From the IMG/VR virus record IMGVR_UViG_3300045412_000368: DNA of 64,000 bases, one strand, 5' to 3'. Positions 55,634 to 64,000 of this stretch are shown here, in pieces; positions within the stretch are counted from its first letter, which is position 1; every line of letters begins with the position of its first letter. The position numbers were made by a program, and so were the translations under genes. The notes under the pieces were generated by a model. It saw only the letters and a program-made list of their open reading frames with translations. It was not told where the DNA came from and did not search any database. Source of the DNA: an uncultured virus (IMG/VR IMGVR_UViG_3300045412_000368). Taxonomy: Duplodnaviria > Heunggongvirae > Uroviricota > Caudoviricetes.

Positions 55634-57955
55634 TTATCTTAATCCTGCTATTTTTAACATTACGTCTAAATCATTAATAGTATCTTCTCTGACGTTATTT
55701 TGACTTTGATTTGGTTGTTGTCCTTGAGTAGGAGGCTTATAGTGAGATCTACTTGGCGGAAGTCCTTTTTTAACTCTTTCCAAATCTATTTGATCATGCG
55801 TTTTTTGTCCAGAGAGAATCGCTGTTATTTCATCAGATGTTAGTTGTGTGGCGAGTTTATTTTCATCATACCTGTTATATTTGTCACGAGTACGATCCAT
55901 TTCTTTTTCACTGGCTCCACTCATCGCCTTATCGCGCAATGCTTGCATACCATCCTTGCCATATTTTTTATTGCCTTTGGCGTGCTGACTCATTGTTTTA
56001 CGTTCTTCACTTTGCATCATCCCAGCCAGTTCTAACATACGTGCAGTGTCATTTTCTTCTTGATGCTTTTGTTTTATTTTTTCCATAATACGACTACAAG
56101 CACCTTCTACCATACGATCAAATATTTCTGACTTTGGATGTCTTGGATTAATATGATATTTTTCTTTAAGCTCTTTACACATTTTAGTGACAAAACCATG
56201 TTCACCAATAGTAAATGTACCATTATTCTCATTAAAAAATCCACGTACACGCTCAAATATTTCATCTACTATACGGTGCATGATTTTTCCTTCCATCATT
56301 GGTGGATTAGGAATCATTGGTCCAGGTGCTGCTCCGCCTGCTGCCATAGGATTCATAGGTGGAGTCGCTGGGGCTGCTTGAGGTGGTGGAGCTGCTGCGG
56401 CTGCTTCAGGTGGTGGAGCTGCTGCGGCTGCTTCAGGTGGTGGAGCTGCTGCGGCTTTAGGTGGTGGAGCTGCTGCGGCTTCACCTGAATCAAATCCTAG
56501 TTGACTATGAAAATCAGTACCATTCTCACGATCATGTGCTTTTAAAAATTGACTAATAATTGGTCTAGCATCCATTTCATCTAAACCTAACTCACCTAAC
56601 AATTTAAAAGCCATATTTAATTTTTTTTCATCTAATACTTCAGCAATACTATCAATAGCATTAGACCCACCAGTGCCTAAGGGTACTTCATTAGAAAATA
56701 ATTGTTTTAAAGTTTGCATAGCTTGACTTTGTAATTCTTTGTCACTGCTAAAAAGATCATTTTCACTAACTATTTGATTTAGATACTTTTCAAACATACT
56801 AAATTCTTTGACATCTTTCATTGCTTTCTTAGCAAGATGCTTTGCGCGACTAAACCCATCGTGATCAGCCTTGTCACCTGCATCTTTATTTTTCTTTGGA
56901 GAGTCTGGTTCAAACGGTGGTTCATCGTCATCGTCATCGTCATCTTCCTTATCTTTATTTCCTTCTAAAATATCATCAGCGCCAAGTTCTTTAACTGGTA
57001 TTTGCGTTTCATCAACCAGTCTATAGATATAAGGAAATGCATCCTTAAGTTCCTCATTAAAACTACGTACAGTTAAACGATCAATCCAATCATTTAAAAT
57101 ATCTTCCGGTACTTCAACTTTATTGTATACACTAAAACTTTCTTTAAATTGATTATAATATTTGTTAGTTTGTAAAGCATGTATTTCTTCTTTAATACCT
57201 GTAATACGATTAATAACTTTTTCTTGTATATTACTCATACTTTCACTAACCACAGGGCTACGATCAACATAATTTTTAAATACTTTAAGTTTACAAAGTT
57301 CCTCGCTAAGTCCAATGACATAATTACCAATATCATCAAAAAAACTACCACCTTCACTTATATGACGAGCCATTGCTCTAGCACCATTTAAATGTTTAAT
57401 AGGGTATAGAAATCTTTCTCCTATAGCATTTTCTACATATATATTCTCAATACGTTGAGTTCTTCCATTAGGAGCATTTAAATTAATTGGCTGACTATGC
57501 CTAACAATAATTTTTGCTTCACCTATTTCTTGATAACTTGTTTTTGTAGTTCCAAATAATTTTGATTGATTCATTTTACCTTCCTTAAAGGAATGTCTTT
57601 TATCTAAGTTACTTTGACTTGGATTTTGTGCATTAAAATTTAAACCGTGTGTTTGAGCAAATTTTGGTAGTATGCTACGAATAAATCTATCCCATGATTT
57701 ATTATCTACTTGCTGAGTCCACTGTACATCTAATCCTGGACCACCATCATCATTTTCATTTAGACCTACAGTAACATTAACTAATTTAACACCATTTTCA
57801 TCTACAAAATCAAAGTTAAATTTTCTTGCATCTTTATCTTTTAAATTTACACCATCAATTGGCTTATCATCTGCTGTGCTTTTTTGTAGGCTGGGAAATC
57901 TCGTTTGCAATTGACGACCCAAATCTATAGCAATTCGCTGAAAATTAGCGCTCAT
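55634..57955 (-). CDS. Large hypothetical head-associated protein
   Basis: 773 aa; HLNGARAMARH; LELAGM and LKIAGLR motifs; TAAATA upstream. Confidence 0.75.
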   Translation of the reverse strand: MSANFQRIAIDLGRQLQTRFPSLQKSTADDKPIDGVNLKDKDARKFNFDFVDENGVKLVNVTVGLNENDDGGPGLDVQWTQQVDNKSWDRFIRSILPKFAQTHGLNFNAQNPSQSNLDKRHSFKEGKMNQSKLFGTTKTSYQEIGEAKIIVRHSQPINLNAPNGRTQRIENIYVENAIGERFLYPIKHLNGARAMARHISEGGSFFDDIGNYVIGLSEELCKLKVFKNYVDRSPVVSESMSNIQEKVINRITGIKEEIHALQTNKYYNQFKESFSVYNKVEVPEDILNDWIDRLTVRSFNEELKDAFPYIYRLVDETQIPVKELGADDILEGNKDKEDDDDDDDEPPFEPDSPKKNKDAGDKADHDGFSRAKHLAKKAMKDVKEFSMFEKYLNQIVSENDLFSSDKELQSQAMQTLKQLFSNEVPLGTGGSNAIDSIAEVLDEKKLNMAFKLLGELGLDEMDARPIISQFLKAHDRENGTDFHSQLGFDSGEAAAAPPPKAAAAPPPEAAAAAPPPEAAAAAPPPQAAPATPPMNPMAAGGAAPGPMIPNPPMMEGKIMHRIVDEIFERVRGFFNENNGTFTIGEHGFVTKMCKELKEKYHINPRHPKSEIFDRMVEGACSRIMEKIKQKHQEENDTARMLELAGMMQSEERKTMSQHAKGNKKYGKDGMQALRDKAMSGASEKEMDRTRDKYNRYDENKLATQLTSDEITAILSGQKTHDQIDLERVKKGLPPSRSHYKPPTQGQQPNQSQNNVREDTINDLDVMLKIAGLR
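56381..56482 (-). repeat. 24-27-bp tandem repeat encoding AAAAPPP(E/K/Q)
   Basis: GGTGGTGGAGCTGCTGCGGCT units, about 4 copies. Confidence 0.85.
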
Positions 57956-57966
57956 GACATTATTTA

Positions 57967-59550
57967 TTAGAAACCTTGTGAAATAAATATTGGCAATGGT
58001 GCTAAAAAATCTTCCTCATTATGTACCCCACTAAGGCTTTCAAACACTCTTGGATCCCAATCTGCCACTAGTGCACTCATTCTACACAATAATAACAAAG
58101 CACTTACTAAATCATCATGATCACCTTCTTTGGCCTTGTATGTAAAACCGTGTGCAACAAATGTTTTTAATTCACTTATCATAGCGCGACTACTTATTTT
58201 CATTTGTCCTGTTTCAATTAAATGTTTTAATCTAGAACAGGCACTAATCTTAGCTGAATGAGTGGTATTAAACCCTTTACGAAATTTACGTACATGACCT
58301 TTACGTATAGGTTCGCTTATCATAATACCAGGAAAAGTTTCTTCCCCTACATCACGTATTACTACCAATCCTGCTTCGCCTACAGTATTATTTTCTATAC
58401 TCCAATAAATATTCTTACTATTTCCATCCATTCTTTCATCAATATAGGTAAGAATATCTTTCAATATTTTAATTTGGCCTTGTATTGGCGTAGCATTATG
58501 ATACCACTCACCTACCTGTTTAAATGTAGGTAATTCAAATATTACAATAGCACTATAGTTACCACCAGTCCCCAAACAAGGATCAAGTGCTATAAGATAT
58601 AACATTTCTGAATTAATTTTACTGTACCAACGTGTTTGTCCCATTCTAGTAATAGGATCCTTACCTACTAATTCACTTAATCTAATACTATTAATAAGAG
58701 TTTCATCATATATTAAAAATTCACAACCATATTCACGACGAAATCTTTCTTCACCAATACGTGCCTGTTCTTCTTTAGCCCAGGCTTCATCACGGTCAGG
58801 ATGTTCATCCCAGCTACAGGTAAATGGAAAGAATCCGTTTGTACCAAGTTCTGTTTCATTACCAAACTCATCAAAATGATTATTTGCTTCTTTCCAAATA
58901 TTAGCAAAAGTATCTTCGTCACTGTTTGGTGTGCTAGTAATAATAGCATTACCACCAGTTGCCAGTGTAGGGCTTATACTTGTCCAAAACTCATCTGCTA
59001 TATTAGGTTGTACAAATGCAAATTCATCACAATATAATAAAGATATACTCATACCACGACCAGTATTATTAGTAGTTGTAGCACTAATAATACGACTACC
59101 ATTATCAAATTCTATACTACCTTTGTTATAATTAACAACTCCACTTCTAATAAAATCAGGACATAATTCATAAGCATACCTAATACGCTGCATAATTTCA
59201 TATGCACCAGTATACTTATGGGCTGCTATAAGAATTGTTTGATCTGGTATAAACATTCCATACCATAGTAGATAACAAGCAGCACAAGTGGTCTTGCCCA
59301 TTTGACGTGGCAACATATTTACAGTAAATCTATGATTATGGTAGGCATGCATGAGCCTTTCTTGGAAACCATAAGGCTGAAACAATAATTTACCCTTTAC
59401 TGGATGTTGAATGTAATAAAAATTTTTACTAAAATGTAAATAGCCAGTTTTAGGATGACTACATAATACTAAATGCTGTATTTGATCCTCAGTGTACTTG
59501 TCCTTTTTATGTGCTTTTTTGGTAAGTACACCATCAAGCGACTTGACCAT
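57967..59550 (-). CDS. Terminase large subunit (gp17-like)
   Basis: PRQMGKT, YCDEFAF, STPN, REYGCEF, IALD, DDLV. Confidence 0.95.
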   Translation of the reverse strand: MVKSLDGVLTKKAHKKDKYTEDQIQHLVLCSHPKTGYLHFSKNFYYIQHPVKGKLLFQPYGFQERLMHAYHNHRFTVNMLPRQMGKTTCAACYLLWYGMFIPDQTILIAAHKYTGAYEIMQRIRYAYELCPDFIRSGVVNYNKGSIEFDNGSRIISATTTNNTGRGMSISLLYCDEFAFVQPNIADEFWTSISPTLATGGNAIITSTPNSDEDTFANIWKEANNHFDEFGNETELGTNGFFPFTCSWDEHPDRDEAWAKEEQARIGEERFRREYGCEFLIYDETLINSIRLSELVGKDPITRMGQTRWYSKINSEMLYLIALDPCLGTGGNYSAIVIFELPTFKQVGEWYHNATPIQGQIKILKDILTYIDERMDGNSKNIYWSIENNTVGEAGLVVIRDVGEETFPGIMISEPIRKGHVRKFRKGFNTTHSAKISACSRLKHLIETGQMKISSRAMISELKTFVAHGFTYKAKEGDHDDLVSALLLLCRMSALVADWDPRVFESLSGVHNEEDFLAPLPIFISQGF

Positions 59551-60089
59551 TATCTAGTTTTAATTTCGTTATATAATTTTGTAAGTTTACCACGTAAATT
59601 TTCTGCTAAAGGATTACCACCACCATTTACTTTAGGTGCTTCTCTACCTTTGCTAAACATATCATCACCTGTTGATGTAACAGCATCAACGCCACTTATT
59701 TTTGGTTGTGAGGTATTAGCATATTCCTCATCCATTTCTGGATCCATGCCTAACATAGGTCTTTTACTAGGCATATCATCCATATCTAGGCTCATATCAT
59801 CATCTGAACTAGACATACCTATTAGTACACCTGCTGGCCCAACATCTGGGCCCTTGGTACCACACGGTAGATCATCGTCTCTACCTTGTAAAATGTTAAG
59901 CAGTTCACGAATACCATCAGCACCACTGGCATTCATATTTACACTAATTGTAGTCGGATGTTCGTTCATACTACCCATTGAACCCATACCCATCATACCA
60001 CATTCTTCTACAGGCTTTTCACTTTCTATTAGTATCTTGCGACCTTGATCTAAATCTACTATTTTTTTGTAAAGTTTAATAAAATCCAT
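59550..60089 (-). CDS. Hypothetical, probable internal head protein
   Basis: Likely start MDFIKLYKKI; EEYAN and GGNPLAE motifs. Confidence 0.7.
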   Translation of the reverse strand: MDFIKLYKKIVDLDQGRKILIESEKPVEECGMMGMGSMGSMNEHPTTISVNMNASGADGIRELLNILQGRDDDLPCGTKGPDVGPAGVLIGMSSSDDDMSLDMDDMPSKRPMLGMDPEMDEEYANTSQPKISGVDAVTSTGDDMFSKGREAPKVNGGGNPLAENLRGKLTKLYNEIKTR

Positions 60090-60165
60090 GTTATTTTCCC
60101 TTAATCTTTTTGCAGTCATTTACATGCTTACCTGCATTTTTTTTCCTGTGAATAGTGCATTTTGT

Positions 60166-60717
60166 TTACTTAGGCGATGATGCAGTAGGCGCAGTCTTGG
60201 CTAACAATTGATCATTTATACCTTTATATTCTGTACCTTTATGACTTATTTTTCCTAATTCTTTAAGGAAACTCATTACTTTTTTTTCACCTACTAAATC
60301 CTGTCCATTAACATCCTCTAAGTTAGGATTATTTAATAACGCTGAAGCTTTTGTTCCTATTCTATTTTTTCCTGCTAGAGCAAAATCTTGTTCAATTTGT
60401 TCTGCATAAGTTCTAACAATAATGTTTCCTAAGCTTAATTTAAGAGTTTCTGCTAAAAGTGCTGCTATTTCATGAGGTGCACTAGGATAGTTACAACTAA
60501 TGTCAAAAATATTAACATGGCTGTACTTAATATTAGGAAATTCTAATGGCGTTTCTGTTATTGGTGTTCTTTTAGGAGAACTTAAACTATTACAATCATA
60601 TTTTTTTAATGCAATTTTCATTGCTTCAACTTGGTGCTTTTCTATATCACCAGCAATTTTTACCTTAAACTGGTAAACTTTTTTATTTTCTGCAAGATAT
60701 TGTTTAAAAGTGGCCAT
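60166..60717 (-). CDS. Hypothetical head protein with T4-like capsid-targeting N-terminus
   Basis: MATFKQYLAE. Confidence 0.7.
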   Translation of the reverse strand: MATFKQYLAENKKVYQFKVKIAGDIEKHQVEAMKIALKKYDCNSLSSPKRTPITETPLEFPNIKYSHVNIFDISCNYPSAPHEIAALLAETLKLSLGNIIVRTYAEQIEQDFALAGKNRIGTKASALLNNPNLEDVNGQDLVGEKKVMSFLKELGKISHKGTEYKGINDQLLAKTAPTASSPK

Positions 60718-60738
60718 AGTTATTCCATTATAATATAT

Positions 60739-61215
60739 TTATTTCATATTCTTTAATTTTTCAAGCAGGCTATTTCGGTCTGTAACAATAAATCCATCTC
60801 CTTGAATATTAACGCCCTTTGTTGCTTCTGCATCTATATCTTGATCAAGTTTAGCCTTTTTAATCTGTAACTCAACCATTTTGAGTTTCTTATCTATTTT
60901 GGCTGCCTTTGCGTCAATTGCATTTTTAAGCATAGTGCCCGCCACTTCAAAAATACGTCCACTATAACGTGCTTCAACATTCATACCCAAGTCCATTAAA
61001 TCATCATAGGCATTTGTTGCCCTAGTGGCTAATTCGTCAAATTCTGAATCGCTCAAATCACCTAATCCCTTAACCTGAGGCAAAGCTGTATTAATTTTAT
61101 CAAATTCAGCAATATCACGCATAAAAGATTCTGGCTTTTCGTATTGCTTTTTTCCTTCTTTTATGATTTTTTTATTTTCTGGTAAGTTAAGAATTTCTTC
61201 AAGTTTTTTAGTCAT
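60739..61215 (-). CDS. Probable terminase small subunit (gp16-like)
   Basis: GRIFEVAGTMLK helix and C-terminal DRNSLL; near the large subunit. Confidence 0.5.
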   Translation of the reverse strand: MTKKLEEILNLPENKKIIKEGKKQYEKPESFMRDIAEFDKINTALPQVKGLGDLSDSEFDELATRATNAYDDLMDLGMNVEARYSGRIFEVAGTMLKNAIDAKAAKIDKKLKMVELQIKKAKLDQDIDAEATKGVNIQGDGFIVTDRNSLLEKLKNMK

Positions 61216-61222
61216 ATATTAT

Positions 61223-61660
61223 TTATCTTGATTTACCATTATGAAAAATATCTGTTTCGTTTAAAACCCGAAACTTAATACCGTTATTTTTACACCAGGC
61301 CGTAGCCGCAGCCCACTTAGCTTGATTTATTATATAAGCTGTAGATCTAGCACTATTACGTCCTACTTTTTCTATTAGTTGTTGATTTTGAGGTTTAATC
61401 TCAATTAATTCACTTAACATACGACCACTTTTATCCGTATATTGTATAAAAAAATCTGGCACATATACTGTTTGTTTATTATTTACTGGATTACGATATG
61501 GAATTTTTATGGCTTCACTGGCCCAACGAAGAATATTAGAATTAGTATCACAAAAATTCATAAACGCCCATTCCCAACTACTACGATATGTTGGTGATTT
61601 CAGTCCAATATATTTTCCAGGATATTTGAGAGTAAATTTACCTTTAGCAAATTGGCTCAT
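61223..61660 (-). CDS. Head completion nuclease (T4 gp4/TnsA-like)
   Basis: YRSSWE, WASE, YVPDF, IEIKP, NQAKW. Confidence 0.88.
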   Translation of the reverse strand: MSQFAKGKFTLKYPGKYIGLKSPTYRSSWEWAFMNFCDTNSNILRWASEAIKIPYRNPVNNKQTVYVPDFFIQYTDKSGRMLSELIEIKPQNQQLIEKVGRNSARSTAYIINQAKWAAATAWCKNNGIKFRVLNETDIFHNGKSR

Positions 61661-62034
61661 ATAAGAATATTTCTACTCTCAAAACTTTCATCTTTTTTTG
61701 TACTTTTGTAACCTAATACACTTGTTTGTATTCTGTAAGCATTTAGAATTTGTGTAATAATTTTTGTTAATTGAACATCACTTAAGATGTTTAGTTTATC
61801 TAATAACTCAAAAACATTAACATTATCAAGTCTTGCCTGATTTAAAAATACTATACTTGTACTTCTTGCTACTTGTTCCTCAAATCCTCTATTTGTAAAA
61901 AATCCTATGACAGCATCTATTAAATTACTTGGAAAACTTATTTCTTCAGTATAATAACTATTAAAAAATTGTCTTATTTCTTTAGACTCTGTTTGATTTT
62001 CTATTATTGTTGGTAAATTGGTTGGGATTATCAT
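61657..62034 (-). CDS. Hypothetical protein
   Basis: Coupled ORF in the structural operon. Confidence 0.7.
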   Translation of the reverse strand: MIIPTNLPTIIENQTESKEIRQFFNSYYTEEISFPSNLIDAVIGFFTNRGFEEQVARSTSIVFLNQARLDNVNVFELLDKLNILSDVQLTKIITQILNAYRIQTSVLGYKSTKKDESFESRNILI

Positions 62035-63110
62035 ACACCACCTCCAGCTGGCTGACTTGGATTAGATTGAAATGTTGGTGATGCATTTGTTTTAGAAGGG
62101 CTAGTTAGCAGTGGAATAGTTGTATTCCGCAATCCACCTAATACACTACCAGCTGCCACTATAGCTAGACCTGTTAATTTAGGTATTAACTCCTGCTTAA
62201 TTCCAGCCTTAGTAAGCCTTTTACTATTATCATAGAAGTTTTTGGCACCTATCGCTGCATTAATTAAATTACCTTTTTTAATTTGATCCAAAATAGTACC
62301 AGCCCCATCAACTAAGCCACCTGGTCCTAAAATACTTCTGGTTCCCCCACCCAACACACTTAATGGACTTGGTAACTTATCATAATGTTCTTGACCGAAT
62401 GCTTTTATTCTGCCACCACTGGTAGTACCTGAGTCATATTTCACTGCTTCAAATATAATACCCATTTGACATTCAGCTGGATTAGTTCCTGAGTCACTAC
62501 TATTTACAGTATCATGACTAAATGTTTGAATTAACGGATTAACTAAAGTATAACTAACAAATTCACGTTTATTAATTTGATACAAGATAATTTCATTGAA
62601 AAAAGGAATAGTTGAATTATTGTCAAATCCATGTGGTCCCCTAACAGTGCTCCATGCCTTATAGGTATTTTTGGCATATGCGCCTGATATTTCTGCTGTA
62701 ACAGGATCAGCATAATAATATTTGTAATAACTTTGCCACATCATGTTAATAATATGTGTTCTATCATCAATAAATCTAAATGTCATAGGCGTATATTCAT
62801 GCGATAATTGAACTGCTTTTTTCCTATTATACTGATTCAAAGTTTGAGTTTTAATTGTAAATTTTGGCAAATCTACAGATCGTACTAATAATCCAATTTC
62901 ATTTCTATGACGCTGCGTTAATTGTGGCAACATTACTGCACTAGGATTGATATCGAAATATACATGATATAAAAATTTAGCCTTAGGTGCTAATCTGTAA
63001 TAATCATCTACAAATGTACGAGCGGCGTGCTGCCAATCAGCCATTTGTCCTTTAGGACGTAAAAAAGCTTGTCCTATTTGATTTAGATTTGCAACATAAG
63101 GGCTGGCCAT
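62031..63110 (-). CDS. Tail-tube-like baseplate protein (gp48/gp54-like)
   Basis: VDLPKF...NQYNRK...YTP-x3-RF-x-DD tube fold; follows the tail tube gene. Confidence 0.65.
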   Translation of the reverse strand: MASPYVANLNQIGQAFLRPKGQMADWQHAARTFVDDYYRLAPKAKFLYHVYFDINPSAVMLPQLTQRHRNEIGLLVRSVDLPKFTIKTQTLNQYNRKKAVQLSHEYTPMTFRFIDDRTHIINMMWQSYYKYYYADPVTAEISGAYAKNTYKAWSTVRGPHGFDNNSTIPFFNEIILYQINKREFVSYTLVNPLIQTFSHDTVNSSDSGTNPAECQMGIIFEAVKYDSGTTSGGRIKAFGQEHYDKLPSPLSVLGGGTRSILGPGGLVDGAGTILDQIKKGNLINAAIGAKNFYDNSKRLTKAGIKQELIPKLTGLAIVAAGSVLGGLRNTTIPLLTSPSKTNASPTFQSNPSQPAGGGV

Positions 63111-63115
63111 AATAG

Positions 63116-63123
63116 TATTTATA
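63116..63123 (-). promoter_or_regulatory. T4-type late promoter TATAAATA
   Basis: TATTTATA on the + strand just upstream of the 63110 start. Confidence 0.75.
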
Positions 63124-63160
63124 AACTAAAATAATATAGTATTATAATGTTTTAGAAAAC

Positions 63161-63187
63161 AAAAAAAGGGCCCAAGAGCCCTTTTTT
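63161..63187 (-). terminator. Rho-independent terminator after the tail tube gene (bidirectional form)
   Basis: AAAAAAAGGGC-CCAAGA-GCCCTTTTTT. Confidence 0.85.
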
Positions 63188-63200
63188 ATTTGAGTTAAGA

Positions 63201-63851
63201 TTAAACACCAGAACCAGTAGCAATACCACCATTTCCAGTAACCCTTGATCTTGTACTCTGAGTTGGTACACTGATACCAACACCTGATCCTTGAGGAATC
63301 TGAATACAATTATCTGGTTGAATACTTATATCTATTGTTTGGGGGGTAGCTTCTGCATAACTAAGTGATTGCCAATTAGCCGAAACAATATAACAACCGT
63401 AGCACTCCCAAGTTTCTAAAACATTTGGGGCAAAGGCACCGTTACCACCTTCTGTAACCTCTATACGCATTAAGAACTTGTAATCTATACTTGCTCCTGC
63501 ACTGCTCTGTTCAAAGAAATCAAACTGCTTCTGCATTTGCTCACCAACTAATTTACTTACATTACCACTTTGATCATCTCTTAAAACTACTGATATGGCT
63601 TGCCAAGTTGGCTTACCTGCATAATTAATCTTACTATTATAAGTTTCAATAACTTGGTTAGCAAACTGTACATTTGGCTTGGCCGCAGTTTGAACCTGTT
63701 TGGTTAACTCAGTTGTGGGCGTGCTTACTCCAAAATTTTCAAACATAATTCTAAAACGATATTTGAGTTTTGGCATTAACATGCCTTGACTGCTTGCGCT
63801 TGAATCACTTGCTAAGGGTACTGTAAATCTATTTAATGTTGCAATTGCCAT
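63201..63851 (-). CDS. Tail tube protein (gp19-like)
   Basis: PKLKYRFR, YAGKPTW, ETWECYGC; directly downstream of the sheath. Confidence 0.8.
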   Translation of the reverse strand: MAIATLNRFTVPLASDSSASSQGMLMPKLKYRFRIMFENFGVSTPTTELTKQVQTAAKPNVQFANQVIETYNSKINYAGKPTWQAISVVLRDDQSGNVSKLVGEQMQKQFDFFEQSSAGASIDYKFLMRIEVTEGGNGAFAPNVLETWECYGCYIVSANWQSLSYAEATPQTIDISIQPDNCIQIPQGSGVGISVPTQSTRSRVTGNGGIATGSGV

Positions 63852-63882
63852 AATTATTAGCTCCGTTATTATTATTTATGCC

Positions 63883-64000
63883 TTATAGCGCACCAATTTC
63901 ACCTGTATTCTTCAATCTTAATGGAATATAAATGAATTCTACAGCCTTAACTGGTTCAATAGCAATATCAACATATAATTCATTTCTATCAATTCTTGCT
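63883..64000 (-). CDS. Tail sheath protein C-terminus (gp18-like, partial)
   Basis: Hand translation ARIDRNELYVDIAIEPVKAVEFIYIPLRLKNTGEIGAL*. Confidence 0.85.
   Translation of the reverse strand, partial: ARIDRNELYVDIAIEPVKAVEFIYIPLRLKNTGEIGAL

Noticed and set aside
61223..61660. TnsA-like nuclease as a Tn7 transposon
   Set aside because: Matches the T4 gp4 head-completion pattern in a structural operon; no TnsB/TnsC or transposon ends
1..64000. tRNA or rRNA genes
   Set aside because: No cloverleaf or T-loop signature found by eye in the short intergenic gaps; tRNAscan-SE would be needed to exclude them formally

Overview
AT-rich (roughly 30-35% GC by eye), gene-dense 64 kb segment of a large T4-related (jumbo-type) myophage genome. 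Spanins point to a Gram-negative host. In order, the window holds: fibre/baseplate genes (collagen-cupredoxin, Mtd_N-like, poly-Pro gp9/gp10-like, Ig-repeat); a DnaE fragment, GroES, clamp loader and PhoH; a lysis cassette (GH19, two spanins, holin); DnaJ, peptide deformylase and ClpA; a ~10 kb block of probable head-packaged proteins with shared terminal motifs, including a pol-beta-NTase/ligase-like fusion and a HIGH-type NTase; family B DNA polymerase and sliding clamp; a 7-deazaguanine-type DNA modification cluster (TGT/DpdA-like, QueD-like, FolE, QueE, no QueC in the window) interleaved with two oxidoreductases, a GT4 glycosyltransferase, a cupin, HIT, a CDGSH-like protein and methyltransferases; RNase H, a MoxR/VWA pair and ThyX. 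The minus-strand end carries UvsY, UvsX, SSB, an aldolase, terminase, head completion, tail tube and tail sheath. T4-type late promoter cores (TAAATA) and sigma70 promoters recur. I saw no tRNA, rRNA, CRISPR array, intron or intein. All calls come from motif recognition by eye; no database search was run.
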